A DNA stretch of 64,000 bases from an uncultured Erysipelotrichaceae bacterium (GTDB lineage: Bacteria > Bacillota_I > Bacilli_A > RFN20 > CAG-826), in the NCBI GenBank assembly GCA_900317295.1, contig ONGB01000002.1, positions 1,978 through 65,977 of the forward strand. The letters run 5' to 3'. Under the pieces are notes generated by a model that was not told where the DNA came from, did not search any database, and saw only the letters and a list, made by a program, of their open reading frames with translations. Both the position numbers and the translations under genes were made by a program. Of the stretch, positions 47,029 to 56,286 are shown in pieces (within the stretch, counting starts at the first letter, position 1; every line of letters starts with the position of its first letter).

Positions 47029-49813
47029 AGGGGTGCGTTTATCCAGGATTTCGCGGCGTTTTGGGAAAGACACCGCCTTGCGGGATGTCGATTTGGCGTT
47101 CTCGTGGAACGGGATGATTGCCATCGTTGGGCCTAGCGGCTCCGGCAAAAGCACCTTGCTTAATATCTTGGGAATGCTGGATACGGATTATCAGGGGAAC
47201 GCGGTGGTTTTGGGACAGGATCCGCGTTCTTTGACGATGGAGGAGCGTTCCTCCTTCCGACTAAGGAACATCGGGTATGTTTTTCAAAACTATTCGCTTC
47301 TGGAGCAGGAAACCGCGGAAGCGAATGTCCTTATGGTGTTTGATGCCTTAAGTGGGGATTCCAGACGAAAGAAAAAAGAAAAGGCCAGGGACCTCCTGAA
47401 TGCCGTTGGCCTAAAAGATAAAGTCAATCAAAAGGTATCGACCCTTTCCGGGGGAGAAAAACAAAGGGTGGCCATCGCGAGGGCATTGGCCAATGACCCT
47501 TCTTTGGTTTTGGCGGATGAGCCGACTGGGGCGCTCGATGAGAAAAACGGCACCGAGGTGTTTCAATTGCTTCGCCGCATCTCCGCAAGCCGCCTCGTCG
47601 TCGTGGTCTCACACGATGAGGAAGGCGTCAGGAAATACGCGGATAAGATCATTCGCCTCGCCGATGGGAGAGTGGTGGAAAAGGAAGTAATTCGCGAGCC
47701 GGAGAAAGGAGGCGATTTGCTTTTCGGCGGGATGAGCCACTTTAAAAGCCGCCCAAGCCTTAGCAATTTATTTCTTTATTCACATGCGCGGAGGATCGCC
47801 AAGGGCAAACGATTCCGCACCCTGTTGTCCCAAGGCGCGGTCGCCATGGGGATATTGGGGCTGGGGATGTCGAATTACCTTTCCTCCAGCGTCTCTGGAT
47901 TGCTACAGGATGCCTTTTCCTCTTTGGTCCCGCCCAATCAGATCGTCCTTTCGCCGAAAGAAGAAGGGTTGCCCCCGTTATCCAACATCTACGCGGCCAC
48001 TTCCAAGGAGGCAAAATACCTAGAAGAAACTTATCCAGACTATGTCGAAGGATATGGTTCTACTTTGCTTTTCGACTTTGAGGAATACTTCTGCGACGAC
48101 AATTACTTTAGTTACCAATCCGGCGCAGATACCTTGCTTTTTTCCGGGTTATCCGCCCGCTCGATCAACGATTTTCTTTGGCCGGAGGAACAGACGGATT
48201 CCCCTTGGTATCCCGAGTCGCTGCCAGAAAACATGGATTGGAGCGAGCTTGCCCTAGGACTTCCTTTTGGCTCGATGGCGAGCCTGTGCTTCTCCCTTCA
48301 TATCGAAAGGAGTTACGAAGCCCTAGGCCAATACTGCGCAGAAGGGAAATTCCATCTGATTCTTCATGTTTCTCATGAGGATTGGGAATTCTATGACGAA
48401 GAGATATTCACCGTCGTCGCGGTGTGCCAAAGCCGCTTCCCGTGCCTCTATCATCCCCAAAGGGATTGGAATCACCGCGTTTTCATCGAACAAATGCATT
48501 TCCGTTCCAGCCAAAGCGAAGAAGGGGAGACACCCCAAGACGTATATGAAATCCCCTATGTCCATATTCTTTCTTCGCTTAGCCAATTCCTCAAAGTGGT
48601 GCGGGGCGACCGCGAAGTGAGACATCTGGTGTATGAAATGGCCTCCGCTTCCTATCTTCCGACGATCTATCCCAGTGGGACGAGGTGCCGTCTCCCTCGC
48701 GTCTATCTTTATGGCGCGGACAAAAACGGGGTGGGATACGATGTCTTGGATGAAGCCGAGCGTCTATGTCCCGAGATCCGCGGGAGGATTCCGGTCTCCC
48801 AAGGCGGGTTTTACGCGGACGCCTCCTCGATGATGATGGGCTTCGTCGGCAAATTCTTCCTTTGCCCTGAAGAAGAGAAAATCGATTCGTGCATCGACCT
48901 TTATAGCGAGCTAGGAAAAAGCGAGGCGGACCGGCTCCACGGCTTGCCGGATGGGGTGGTGGATGGTTCCCTCCTAAATAGCGGTTCCAAGGGCCTGCGC
49001 GTTTCCGCGGATTGTTCGGGAATAAAAAAGGGGAGAAAACCCGAATACACCCATGAGGTCGTGTTGTCTTCCAGCTTATATAAGAAATGGGGGAAACCTA
49101 CGTTTTTAAGTGTCGCCGCGGAGGTCGAAAGAAGCGAAACCGACACCGTGGTCCGACGCGTTTTCGAGAAGGCGGAATTGACGGTCGTCGGGGTAAAAGA
49201 GGAGGGGCATGACACGATTTACGTTCAAAAAGACTGGACCGTGGACTTCTTTTTGGATGAGGTGAGGATGTCCGCTTTCCTCTTAGAACCGATGGGGTGC
49301 GTCTTCTCCGTCGGGAACGCTTCGGAAGGTAAGGAAGCGATGGCGCGCCTCGAGAAAGCCTTCCCCGCCTATCGCGTCGGCAGCCCCTCCCAGGCCGTCG
49401 CCTCTTCGATCGAGGAAACGCTGGGATATCTGGGGACGATCTTATATGCCTTTTCGGCGATCGCCCTTTCGGTTTCTACGCTGCTTTTCTTCTTGGTGAT
49501 GTCTTTGACCATGAAGGAAAACGAAGCGGAGGGGAAACTGTTTCATGTTCTAGGTATCGGGCAAAGAGATATCCGCCGGGCGTATCGGATGCAGGCTTAT
49601 TACCATGCGGGGTCATCATTATTGTCCGCTTTCTTAGGAATGGCCTTATCCCAAATCGCCGCTTCGTTTTATTTATCGCAAGCCTTTGGCGCCGATTTCT
49701 CCATCCATCTGGCTTGGCCGCCATTCCTCTTGATGTTCGGGGCGACCGCCGCCTTCGTTCTATTGATCAATCTATGGATGGGGTTCTATTTGAAGAGAAA
49801 GACAATTACTTGA
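47021..49813 (+). CDS. MacB-type ABC transporter, fused ATPase plus FtsX-like permease (930 aa)
   Basis: Start MNKGVRLSRISRRFG overlaps the upstream stop by 8 nt. NBD motifs are GPSGSGKSTLLN, LSGGEKQRVAIARAL and LADEPTGALD. It has one TM helix, an extracytoplasmic domain of about 540 aa, and a C-terminal FtsX domain. Confidence 0.85.
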   Translation: MNKGVRLSRISRRFGKDTALRDVDLAFSWNGMIAIVGPSGSGKSTLLNILGMLDTDYQGNAVVLGQDPRSLTMEERSSFRLRNIGYVFQNYSLLEQETAEANVLMVFDALSGDSRRKKKEKARDLLNAVGLKDKVNQKVSTLSGGEKQRVAIARALANDPSLVLADEPTGALDEKNGTEVFQLLRRISASRLVVVVSHDEEGVRKYADKIIRLADGRVVEKEVIREPEKGGDLLFGGMSHFKSRPSLSNLFLYSHARRIAKGKRFRTLLSQGAVAMGILGLGMSNYLSSSVSGLLQDAFSSLVPPNQIVLSPKEEGLPPLSNIYAATSKEAKYLEETYPDYVEGYGSTLLFDFEEYFCDDNYFSYQSGADTLLFSGLSARSINDFLWPEEQTDSPWYPESLPENMDWSELALGLPFGSMASLCFSLHIERSYEALGQYCAEGKFHLILHVSHEDWEFYDEEIFTVVAVCQSRFPCLYHPQRDWNHRVFIEQMHFRSSQSEEGETPQDVYEIPYVHILSSLSQFLKVVRGDREVRHLVYEMASASYLPTIYPSGTRCRLPRVYLYGADKNGVGYDVLDEAERLCPEIRGRIPVSQGGFYADASSMMMGFVGKFFLCPEEEKIDSCIDLYSELGKSEADRLHGLPDGVVDGSLLNSGSKGLRVSADCSGIKKGRKPEYTHEVVLSSSLYKKWGKPTFLSVAAEVERSETDTVVRRVFEKAELTVVGVKEEGHDTIYVQKDWTVDFFLDEVRMSAFLLEPMGCVFSVGNASEGKEAMARLEKAFPAYRVGSPSQAVASSIEETLGYLGTILYAFSAIALSVSTLLFFLVMSLTMKENEAEGKLFHVLGIGQRDIRRAYRMQAYYHAGSSLLSAFLGMALSQIAASFYLSQAFGADFSIHLAWPPFLLMFGATAAFVLLINLWMGFYLKRKTIT

Positions 49814-49910
49814 ATTTTCGCCCCGTTTTTCCTAGTGGAAATGAAGTAGCGGAAGGGATAAAATATAGAACGATGATTTTTCAATAAACCATCAGGAAGG
49901 TTAGGAATTC

Positions 49911-50114
49911 ATGAAGGGTACTATCAAGAATTTCAACAAGGAGAAGGGATACGGTTTCATTCATGCCGAAGACGGCCGTGATTACTTCTTCCACTATTCT
50001 TGCCTGGTCATGGAAGGCTACAAAACCGCCGAAAAAGGCGAAGAAGTGGAATTCGATGTTCAGGAATCGGATCGTGGACCGCGTGCGGCCAATGTGAAAA
50101 AAGTCGCAGCCTAA
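49911..50114 (+). CDS. Cold-shock protein (CspA family)
   Basis: GTIKNFNKEKGYGFI...DYFFHYS carries the RNP1/RNP2 motifs. 67 aa. Confidence 0.95.
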   Translation: MKGTIKNFNKEKGYGFIHAEDGRDYFFHYSCLVMEGYKTAEKGEEVEFDVQESDRGPRAANVKKVAA

Positions 50115-50133
50115 CCATCGCCTCGCCGATTTG

Positions 50134-50162
50134 CCCCGCCGAAAATGGCGGGGTTTTTCTTT
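50134..50162 (+). terminator. Rho-independent terminator of csp
   Basis: CCCCGCC-GAAAAT-GGCGGGG followed by TTTTTCTTTG. Confidence 0.9.
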
Positions 50163-50230
50163 GTTGCCCCTATCTTCTTTTTGAAGATAAAGGTAAAATG
50201 CCGTCGCTTCGTTTTCTGAAGGTTTGTCTT

Positions 50231-51340
50231 ATGCCACTAAAAGCTGGAATCGTCGGGTTGCCCAATGTGGGCAAGAGCACCCTGTTCAACGCCATCACCA
50301 ATTCCCACGTCCTCGCGGAGAATTATCCCTTCGCCACTATCAAGCCGAACACCGGCGTCGTCATCGTCCCCGATGAGCGCCTCGACTTCCTCGATGAGAT
50401 GTTCCATCCCGCGAGCAAAGTAAACGCGACTTTTGAATTCTATGACATCGCCGGCCTCGTCCGCGGCGCCTCCAAGGGCGAGGGCTTGGGCAACCAATTC
50501 CTCGCGGCGATCCGCGAATGCGACGCCATCTGCGAAGTGGTGCGCTGCTTCGAAAGCAACGACATCATCCACGTCGATGAAACCGTCGATCCCGCCCGTG
50601 ATATCGAGACGATCGATCTTGAGCTTGCGATGGCTGACCTCGAGACGGTCAATAACCGCATTGGAAAACAGGCCATCAAAGCCCGTGTGGGCCACGATAA
50701 AGTCGCCCAATACGAAATGGCGATCCTCGAGCCGCTTAAGGCTACCTTGGATCAGGGTCTCCCTGCGCGCTTATGCAAAGGGTTAAGCGAAGAACAGATT
50801 ACCTATGCTAGGAAGAACTTCTTCCTGCTCACCTTGAAACCGATCCTCTATGTCGCCAACGTCGCCGATACGGATTATGCCGATTTGGAGCATTGCGCCC
50901 ATTACCAAACGGTGAAGAAGATCGCCGAAGAGCAAGGCGCTCAGTGCATTCCCGTCTCCTGCGCCATCGAATTCGAACTGAGCCAACTCGAACCCGCGGA
51001 GAAAAAGGAATTCCTCGCCGAACTCGGCGCCAGCGAAAGCGGTTTGGACAAATTGACCAAAGCCGCTTACCGCCTATTGAACCTTGCCACGTTCTTCACC
51101 TGCGGCACCGATGAGTGCCGGGCGTGGACGTTCAAAAACGGGATGACCGCCCCGGAATGCGCGGGCATCATCCACACCGATTTCCAACGCGGATTCATCA
51201 AAGCCGAGGTCTATGATTTCGAAGCCTTGAGGACCTTGGGAAGCGAAGCCGCGGTCAAAGAAGCCGGAAAGCTTCGCCAAGAAGGAAAGGAGTACCGGAT
51301 GAAAGACGGCGACGTCGTCTTCTTCCGCTTCAATGTATGA
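50231..51340 (+). CDS. ychF: Ribosome-binding ATPase YchF
   Basis: Start [23 protein letters not shown] and C-terminal TGS-like ...[11 protein letters not shown]. The track ORF's 77-aa upstream extension crosses csp and its terminator, so it is rejected. Confidence 0.95.
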   Translation: MPLKAGIVGLPNVGKSTLFNAITNSHVLAENYPFATIKPNTGVVIVPDERLDFLDEMFHPASKVNATFEFYDIAGLVRGASKGEGLGNQFLAAIRECDAICEVVRCFESNDIIHVDETVDPARDIETIDLELAMADLETVNNRIGKQAIKARVGHDKVAQYEMAILEPLKATLDQGLPARLCKGLSEEQITYARKNFFLLTLKPILYVANVADTDYADLEHCAHYQTVKKIAEEQGAQCIPVSCAIEFELSQLEPAEKKEFLAELGASESGLDKLTKAAYRLLNLATFFTCGTDECRAWTFKNGMTAPECAGIIHTDFQRGFIKAEVYDFEALRTLGSEAAVKEAGKLRQEGKEYRMKDGDVVFFRFNV

Positions 51341-51825
51341 AGCATCCCTTCCGCATCGGCTATGGCGAGGACATCCATCGCCTCGTCCCCAATCGCCCTT
51401 TGATCCTTTGCGGGACAAAGATCGATAGCCCATTAGGACTCGATGGACACTCTGACGCCGACGTCGCCTTCCACGCGCTATCCGATGCGCTTCTGGGTGC
51501 GATCGGCGAGGGCGATATCGGAAAGCATTTCCCGCCCGATGATCCAAGCTGCGAAGGCATCGATTCTTCAAAAATCGTGCAAAAGTGCCTTGGTTTAGTT
51601 AAAAAACATGGATATTGCATCGGAAACGTCGACCTGTTCATTCTCGCGGAAGCGCCTAAGCTCCGCCCTTATGAAGAAGCGATGAAGAAGCGCTTGTCGG
51701 AGGTGCTGGGAATCGAGATTTCCGACATCGGGCTCCAATTCGGAACCAATGAAAAACTAGATGCGGTTGGCGAAGGGAAAGCGATCCGCGCCACCTGTAT
51801 ATGCCTTTTGGAGGAAGCCAAATGA
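51337..51825 (+). CDS. ispF: 2-C-methyl-D-erythritol 2,4-cyclodiphosphate synthase
   Basis: RIGYGEDIHRL...GHSDADVAFHALSDALLGAIGEGDIGKHFP. ATGA-type overlaps on both sides. Confidence 0.93.
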   Translation: MKHPFRIGYGEDIHRLVPNRPLILCGTKIDSPLGLDGHSDADVAFHALSDALLGAIGEGDIGKHFPPDDPSCEGIDSSKIVQKCLGLVKKHGYCIGNVDLFILAEAPKLRPYEEAMKKRLSEVLGIEISDIGLQFGTNEKLDAVGEGKAIRATCICLLEEAK

Positions 51826-53444
51826 CCAATGAAGAATTACTGAAGGCGATCATCAAGAAAGCCGGCGCCGAAATCGGTTTGGCGTTGGAGGAGAAGGATA
51901 TCGTCATCGAACACGCCAAAGACCCCGCCCACGGTGATTATTCCACCAACGCGGCGATGCGCTTTTGTCGTTTGGCCGGTTGCAAGCCGGTCGATTTGGC
52001 CTCCCGCTTGCTCCCCCATCTCCAAGACGAGATGCTCGACCGCGTGGAAATTGCCGGCCCGGGCTTCCTTAATTTCTTCCTGAAACACGAGTCCCTCCAA
52101 AGCGTCGTCGCCAAAGCGATTCAAGAAGGCGATGACTATGGCCGCGGCGAGAAAAAAGGCACTTCCATCAACGTGGAATACGTCTCCGCCAACCCGACGG
52201 GGGATCTCCATCTTGGCCACACCCGCATCGCGGCGGTGGGGGATGCGATTGCTTCCTTGCTTGCCTTCGCCGGCTACGACGTCACCCGCGAGTTCTACGT
52301 CAATGACTGCGGCAATCAGGTCGAACACCTTGGCCGTTCCCTCCGCGAGAGGTATCACGAGCTTTTCGGCGAAGAAATCCATTTGGGCGATGATGATTAC
52401 CATGGCGTCGACCTCATCAATATCGCCCAATCCATCAAAGACCAATATGGCGATAAGTATCTCGCGGATACCCAGGAATCCCATGATTTCTTCATTCGCT
52501 TCGGCATCGACGCCGAACTTGGCAAATTGAAGAAAGACCTCGCGGAATTCCGCGTCTATTTCGACAAGTTCACCTATGAATCCGATATCCGCAAAGGCGG
52601 GAACATCGAGAAGACCCTTGAGAACCTGAAGCCCTATCTTTATGAGAAAGATGGCGCCACCTTCCTCAAGACGACCGAATTCGGCGATGACAAAGATCGC
52701 CCCGTCGTCAAATCCGATGGCCTTTACACCTATTTCATGCCGGATATCTGCTACCACTACGACAAAGTCGCCCGCGGCTTCGACGCCCTCATCGATATCT
52801 TCGGCGCCGACCATGGGGGATATGTGGCCCGCTTGAAGGCCGCTTTGTCCATGAAGGGCATCGATCCGAACATCTTGGAAGTCCAGTTTGTCCAGATCGT
52901 TCGCACCTTCCGCGATGGCGTGGAGGTCAAGATGAGCAAGCGCACGGGCAAAGCCATCGCCCACCGCGACCTCATCGAAGATGTTGGCACGGACGCCGTC
53001 CGTTATTTCTTCACGGAGCGCTCCCCTTCGAGCCATCTCGACTTCAATTACGATTTGGCGTTGGAGAAGAGCTCTTCCAACCCGGTTTATTACGCTCAAT
53101 ACGCCCATGCCCGCTGCGCATCGCTGCTTTCTCTTGGATCCGACATCGGCATCAACGAGAAGGCCGATCTCTGCAAGAGCGAGCCGGAGTTGGCCTTGAT
53201 CAAGGAGATTGCAGCCTTCCCAGGCATCGTCGCTTCCTCCGCGGAAGAGAGGGCGCCTTATAAGATCGCCGCTTATAGCCAAAAGCTGGCCGCGGCCATC
53301 CATGCCTTCTATCACGAATGTAAGATCATCGATCGCGAGCAGCCCGAGCTCACCGCCTCCCGTTTGGCGCTGGTGAAGGCCGCGAAGATCGCGATGCATA
53401 ACGCTCTAGCAATTCTCGGGGTTTCCTCGCCAGAGAAGATGTGA
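51822..53444 (+). CDS. argS: Arginine--tRNA ligase
   Basis: Class I HIGH-type motif ANPTGDLHLGH and an MSKR-type loop (KMSKRTGKA), with a DALR anticodon-binding C-terminus. GGAGGA upstream. Confidence 0.96.
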   Translation: MTNEELLKAIIKKAGAEIGLALEEKDIVIEHAKDPAHGDYSTNAAMRFCRLAGCKPVDLASRLLPHLQDEMLDRVEIAGPGFLNFFLKHESLQSVVAKAIQEGDDYGRGEKKGTSINVEYVSANPTGDLHLGHTRIAAVGDAIASLLAFAGYDVTREFYVNDCGNQVEHLGRSLRERYHELFGEEIHLGDDDYHGVDLINIAQSIKDQYGDKYLADTQESHDFFIRFGIDAELGKLKKDLAEFRVYFDKFTYESDIRKGGNIEKTLENLKPYLYEKDGATFLKTTEFGDDKDRPVVKSDGLYTYFMPDICYHYDKVARGFDALIDIFGADHGGYVARLKAALSMKGIDPNILEVQFVQIVRTFRDGVEVKMSKRTGKAIAHRDLIEDVGTDAVRYFFTERSPSSHLDFNYDLALEKSSSNPVYYAQYAHARCASLLSLGSDIGINEKADLCKSEPELALIKEIAAFPGIVASSAEERAPYKIAAYSQKLAAAIHAFYHECKIIDREQPELTASRLALVKAAKIAMHNALAILGVSSPEKM

Positions 53445-53490
53445 TATATATTTCCCCGATTTTTCTAACTTATTAGAAAGGACACCCATT

Positions 53491-53916
53491 ATGAACATTA
53501 GCAAAGGATCCATGATCGAAATCGCCATCGCCGCCCTCAAAGAAAAAGGCGAGGCCATGAAATTCGCCGATCTCTGGGCCGTCGTCAAAGAGAAATTCGA
53601 AATCTCCCCGGAAGAGGAAGCCGAACGCATCGGCCACTTCTATTCCGACCTCTCCCTTTCCGGAGAGACCATCGTCCTCAGCGGCAATATCTGGGACCTC
53701 CGTTCTCGCCACACCTATGAGGAATACTCCGCCGACCTCACCGACGTCTACGACGACGTCAACGAGAAGGACGACGATTCCTCCGACGAACAGGAAGACA
53801 AAGAATACGACGCCGCCATCAACGGCACCCTCTCCTCGGAAGAAGAATCGACCGAAGAAAGCGACGAAGACGCCAAATCCGGCGACGATGCCGACTCCCT
53901 CGGCCTCAACTTCTAA
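53491..53916 (+). CDS. rpoE: DNA-directed RNA polymerase delta subunit
   Basis: HARE-HTH-type N-terminal domain (SMIEIAIAALKEKGEAMKFADLWAVV...FYSDLSLSGETIVLSGNIWDLR) plus a long Asp/Glu-rich tail. Confidence 0.88.
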   Translation: MNISKGSMIEIAIAALKEKGEAMKFADLWAVVKEKFEISPEEEAERIGHFYSDLSLSGETIVLSGNIWDLRSRHTYEEYSADLTDVYDDVNEKDDDSSDEQEDKEYDAAINGTLSSEEESTEESDEDAKSGDDADSLGLNF

Positions 53917-53936
53917 GGAAACGCCTATATCGAAGA

Positions 53937-53963
53937 GCCCCGCGAGTTCGCGGGGCTTTTTCT
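53937..53963 (+). terminator. Rho-independent terminator of rpoE
   Basis: GCCCCGCG-AGTT-CGCGGGGC followed by TTTTTCTC. Confidence 0.9.
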
Positions 53964-54096
53964 CAAATCCGTCAGTGATTTCATAGGGTTTTCGAGATTT
54001 TTGAACATGGAAAACCATAAGATAAATTGACGGAATTGAAACCGCTTTCAAAAAATGTTGTTTTTTCTATCGGAAAGAGTATTCTAGAAGGCTTTT

Positions 54097-55056
54097 ATGG
54101 CAAAGTTTGAAAATCTCTATCATCTGATGACGGAAGCCAAAACCATCATCATCTCCGGACATTACGAACCGGATGGGGATTGCTACGGCTGCCAAATCGG
54201 GCTGAGAAATCTGCTGCGTTTGCGTTTCCCCGAGAAGAAGATCCTCGCGATCGGGACCGGCATCCCGGCGCTTTTCTCCCTGGTTTCCCCGATGGATGTC
54301 GCTACTGACGAAGACTTCGAAGGGGCGCTTGGCATCCTCGTCGATGTCTCTTGCCTCAGGCGATGCGAGGACCAGCGGATGGAGCGGTGCGCGAAACTCA
54401 TCAAGTTCGACCATCATGACCCCAACCGCAAAAACGAATACTTCGAAGGCGAGTCCTACGTCGATCATCACCGCGTCTCCTGCGCGGAGCTGATCTGCGA
54501 ATTCGCCTGGCATTTCAACATGGCGTTTGATAAGGTCGCCTGCAACGCCCTATATATTGGCATCGCGACGGATTCGGGCAAATTCTGCTATTACGGGACG
54601 AAACTCGAAACCTTCCAAGCCGCCGCTTTCCTCATCAAAAACGGCGCGGACCCCGTGGCTCTTTTCGAAATCGTCTACCACGAGACCAAACAAGAGAAGG
54701 CATATAAAAAATGGATGCGCGCGCATGCGAAAAAAGCCGGGCACGTCACCTATATCGCCGCCCATCCCTCCGATTATCAGGCCTATGGCCTCGATTATGG
54801 GGTGGCCTCCACGTTCGTCAACGCGCTCGCCGGCCGTTTTGATTGCAAACAATATGTCTATTTCTGCGAACGCGATCCTTCGTTCATTAAAGTCGAATTG
54901 CGTTCCAATAAGCGTTATCCCGTCCAGCCCACCGCGATGAAATTCGGCGGGGGCGGACATCGTTATGCCTCCGGGATGGAAATCATCAACGGTCAGCCGA
55001 CGGTCGAAGAAATCCTCGAAGAACTTAATTCCGTCACCTGCGATGTAGTAGAATAA
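54097..55056 (+). CDS. nrnA: DHH/DHHA1-family phosphoesterase (NrnA-like nanoRNase / pAp phosphatase)
   Basis: ...IIISGHYEPDGDCYG..., DHH motif KFDHHDPN, and DHHA1 GGGGH near the C-terminus. Confidence 0.85.
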   Translation: MAKFENLYHLMTEAKTIIISGHYEPDGDCYGCQIGLRNLLRLRFPEKKILAIGTGIPALFSLVSPMDVATDEDFEGALGILVDVSCLRRCEDQRMERCAKLIKFDHHDPNRKNEYFEGESYVDHHRVSCAELICEFAWHFNMAFDKVACNALYIGIATDSGKFCYYGTKLETFQAAAFLIKNGADPVALFEIVYHETKQEKAYKKWMRAHAKKAGHVTYIAAHPSDYQAYGLDYGVASTFVNALAGRFDCKQYVYFCERDPSFIKVELRSNKRYPVQPTAMKFGGGGHRYASGMEIINGQPTVEEILEELNSVTCDVVE

Positions 55057-55075
55057 CCAAGAACAGGTGCGGTTT

Positions 55076-55870
55076 ATGTACGAAAAAGAACTCCAAGCGA
55101 TGATCGAGGCCGCCTATTTGGCCGAGGTCCATATCAAAAAGGTCTACGCCTCCGCTTTTGAAGTGGAAATCAAAGAAGACGACTCCCCCGTGACCGTCGC
55201 CGATAAAGGCGCCGATGAAATCATCCGGGGTTATTTATCCGAACGCTTCCCCGAATATGGCTTCCTCACCGAGGAAAGCGCCGACACCGGGGAACGTTTC
55301 TCCCATCGCCGCATCTTCATCGTCGATCCCGTCGACGGGACGACCGAATTCGTCTCCCGCAATGGGCAATTCACCACCAACATCGCGCTATGCGATGGCA
55401 ACGAGATCGTCGTCGGTGTCATCAATGTCCCGATGCTCGATCGCCTTTATTTCGCCGTGAAAGGCGAGGGGGCTTATCGCCTCGTTCGTGGCGGAACGAA
55501 GGAAAGAATCCATGTTTCAGATAGGAAAACGGGCTTAAAAGCCATGCGCTCCATCTCCCATTACACCAAAGGCGAATTGGCCTTCATGGAAAGCCACGCT
55601 TCCGTCTTTGAAGAAGAGGTGGAAGCCGTGGGGGCCGCGAATAAGTTTTGCCGTTTGGCCGAAGGGGAGAAGGATTTCTATTACCGCGATTCTCCCTACA
55701 CCAAAGAATGGGATGTCGCCCCGGGCGATTTGCTCGTCCGCGAAGCGGGGGGCTATATGGTCGAACCCGACGGCAAGCCGTTTACCTATAATCGCAAGGA
55801 CGTCTATAACCGCAAAGGCTATGTGATGGCCAATTCGAAAGAGAACCTCTTCCTTGATGATCTGAAATAA
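55076..55870 (+). CDS. Inositol monophosphatase / CysQ-family phosphatase
   Basis: Motifs LTEES, IVDPVDGTTEF and WDVAPGDLLVREAGG. AGGTG lies 6 nt upstream of the ATG. GTG 55067 is an alternative start. Confidence 0.85.
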   Translation: MYEKELQAMIEAAYLAEVHIKKVYASAFEVEIKEDDSPVTVADKGADEIIRGYLSERFPEYGFLTEESADTGERFSHRRIFIVDPVDGTTEFVSRNGQFTTNIALCDGNEIVVGVINVPMLDRLYFAVKGEGAYRLVRGGTKERIHVSDRKTGLKAMRSISHYTKGELAFMESHASVFEEEVEAVGAANKFCRLAEGEKDFYYRDSPYTKEWDVAPGDLLVREAGGYMVEPDGKPFTYNRKDVYNRKGYVMANSKENLFLDDLK

Positions 55871-55893
55871 AACCCGGGAAACCCCGGGTTTTT
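55871..55893. terminator. Bidirectional rho-independent terminator between the IMPase and Nfu genes
   Basis: AACCCGGG-AAAC-CCCGGGTT with T-runs on both strands. Confidence 0.85.
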
Positions 55894-56200
55894 AATCGTT
55901 TTTCTTCCCTTCGAGGAGGGCTTTGTTCTTTCTGGCGATGTAGTCCGCCATAATGTCATCGGGCACCCCTTCGGTGCGGACGGCCATGACGCCGGGGACC
56001 TCTTCCATTAAGAGGATCTCCACGCCTTGGGAGATATCATCCTGCGCGAGGGCGCACCCTTGGCAGGCCCCGACCATCGTCACATAGACGACCCCATCGC
56101 GGAAGCCAATATAATCGATATCCCCGCCATCGCGTTGCAGGAACGGGCGGATCTTGTCGATGACCTCGTGTATCAGTTTTACGGTCGCTTCATCTTCCAT
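55892..56200 (-). CDS. NifU C-terminal-domain (Nfu-type) Fe-S carrier protein
   Basis: ...VIDKIRPFLQRDGGDIDYIGFRDGVVYVTMVGACQGCALA... carries CxxC. The start is uncertain: 56200 or 56233, neither with a good SD. Confidence 0.8.
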   Translation of the reverse strand: MEDEATVKLIHEVIDKIRPFLQRDGGDIDYIGFRDGVVYVTMVGACQGCALAQDDISQGVEILLMEEVPGVMAVRTEGVPDDIMADYIARKNKALLEGKKND

Positions 56201-56248
56201 AGCGAGGCCTATTTTAGTCTCCTCGCTCCTCATTTCAACTGAAATGAC

Positions 56249-56276
56249 TTGTAAGAAGTCCCCCGCCTTTTACAAT
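56249..56276 (+). promoter_or_regulatory. Putative promoter abutting the 56287 ORF, implying a leaderless-type mRNA
   Basis: TTGTAA, a 16-nt spacer, then TACAAT. The -10 box ends 10 nt before the ATG and there is no SD in between. Confidence 0.45.
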
Positions 56277-56286
56277 ATCCGCGTCC

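Noticed and set aside
50000-50230. N-terminal extensions of track ORFs: ychF from 50000, hup from 30331, pepO to 2309, ymdB from 38809, miaB from 39638, ABC genes from 2449, 4221 and 46925, and the activase gene from TTG 58485
   Set aside because: The extensions cross upstream genes or terminators, or lack an SD. Internal ATGs with good SD sequences give N-termini that match the families.
51700-51830. A T-box leader ahead of argS, and other amino-acid-related leaders
   Set aside because: argS overlaps the ispF stop (ATGA), so there is no room for a leader. No T-box specifier or antiterminator sequences were seen.
51837-53399. A 520-aa minus-strand ORF covering argS. Similar shadow ORFs lie over rny (37301..38500), recA (36378..36995), pepF (57483..58169), sufB (19308..20069), yhaM (9780..10517), ribU (24630..25100) and the HIT gene (10654..11283).
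   Set aside because: Same reasoning as above. The sense strand encodes unmistakable conserved proteins, and the antisense translations are repetitive and Arg/Gly/Asp-rich with no recognisable domains.
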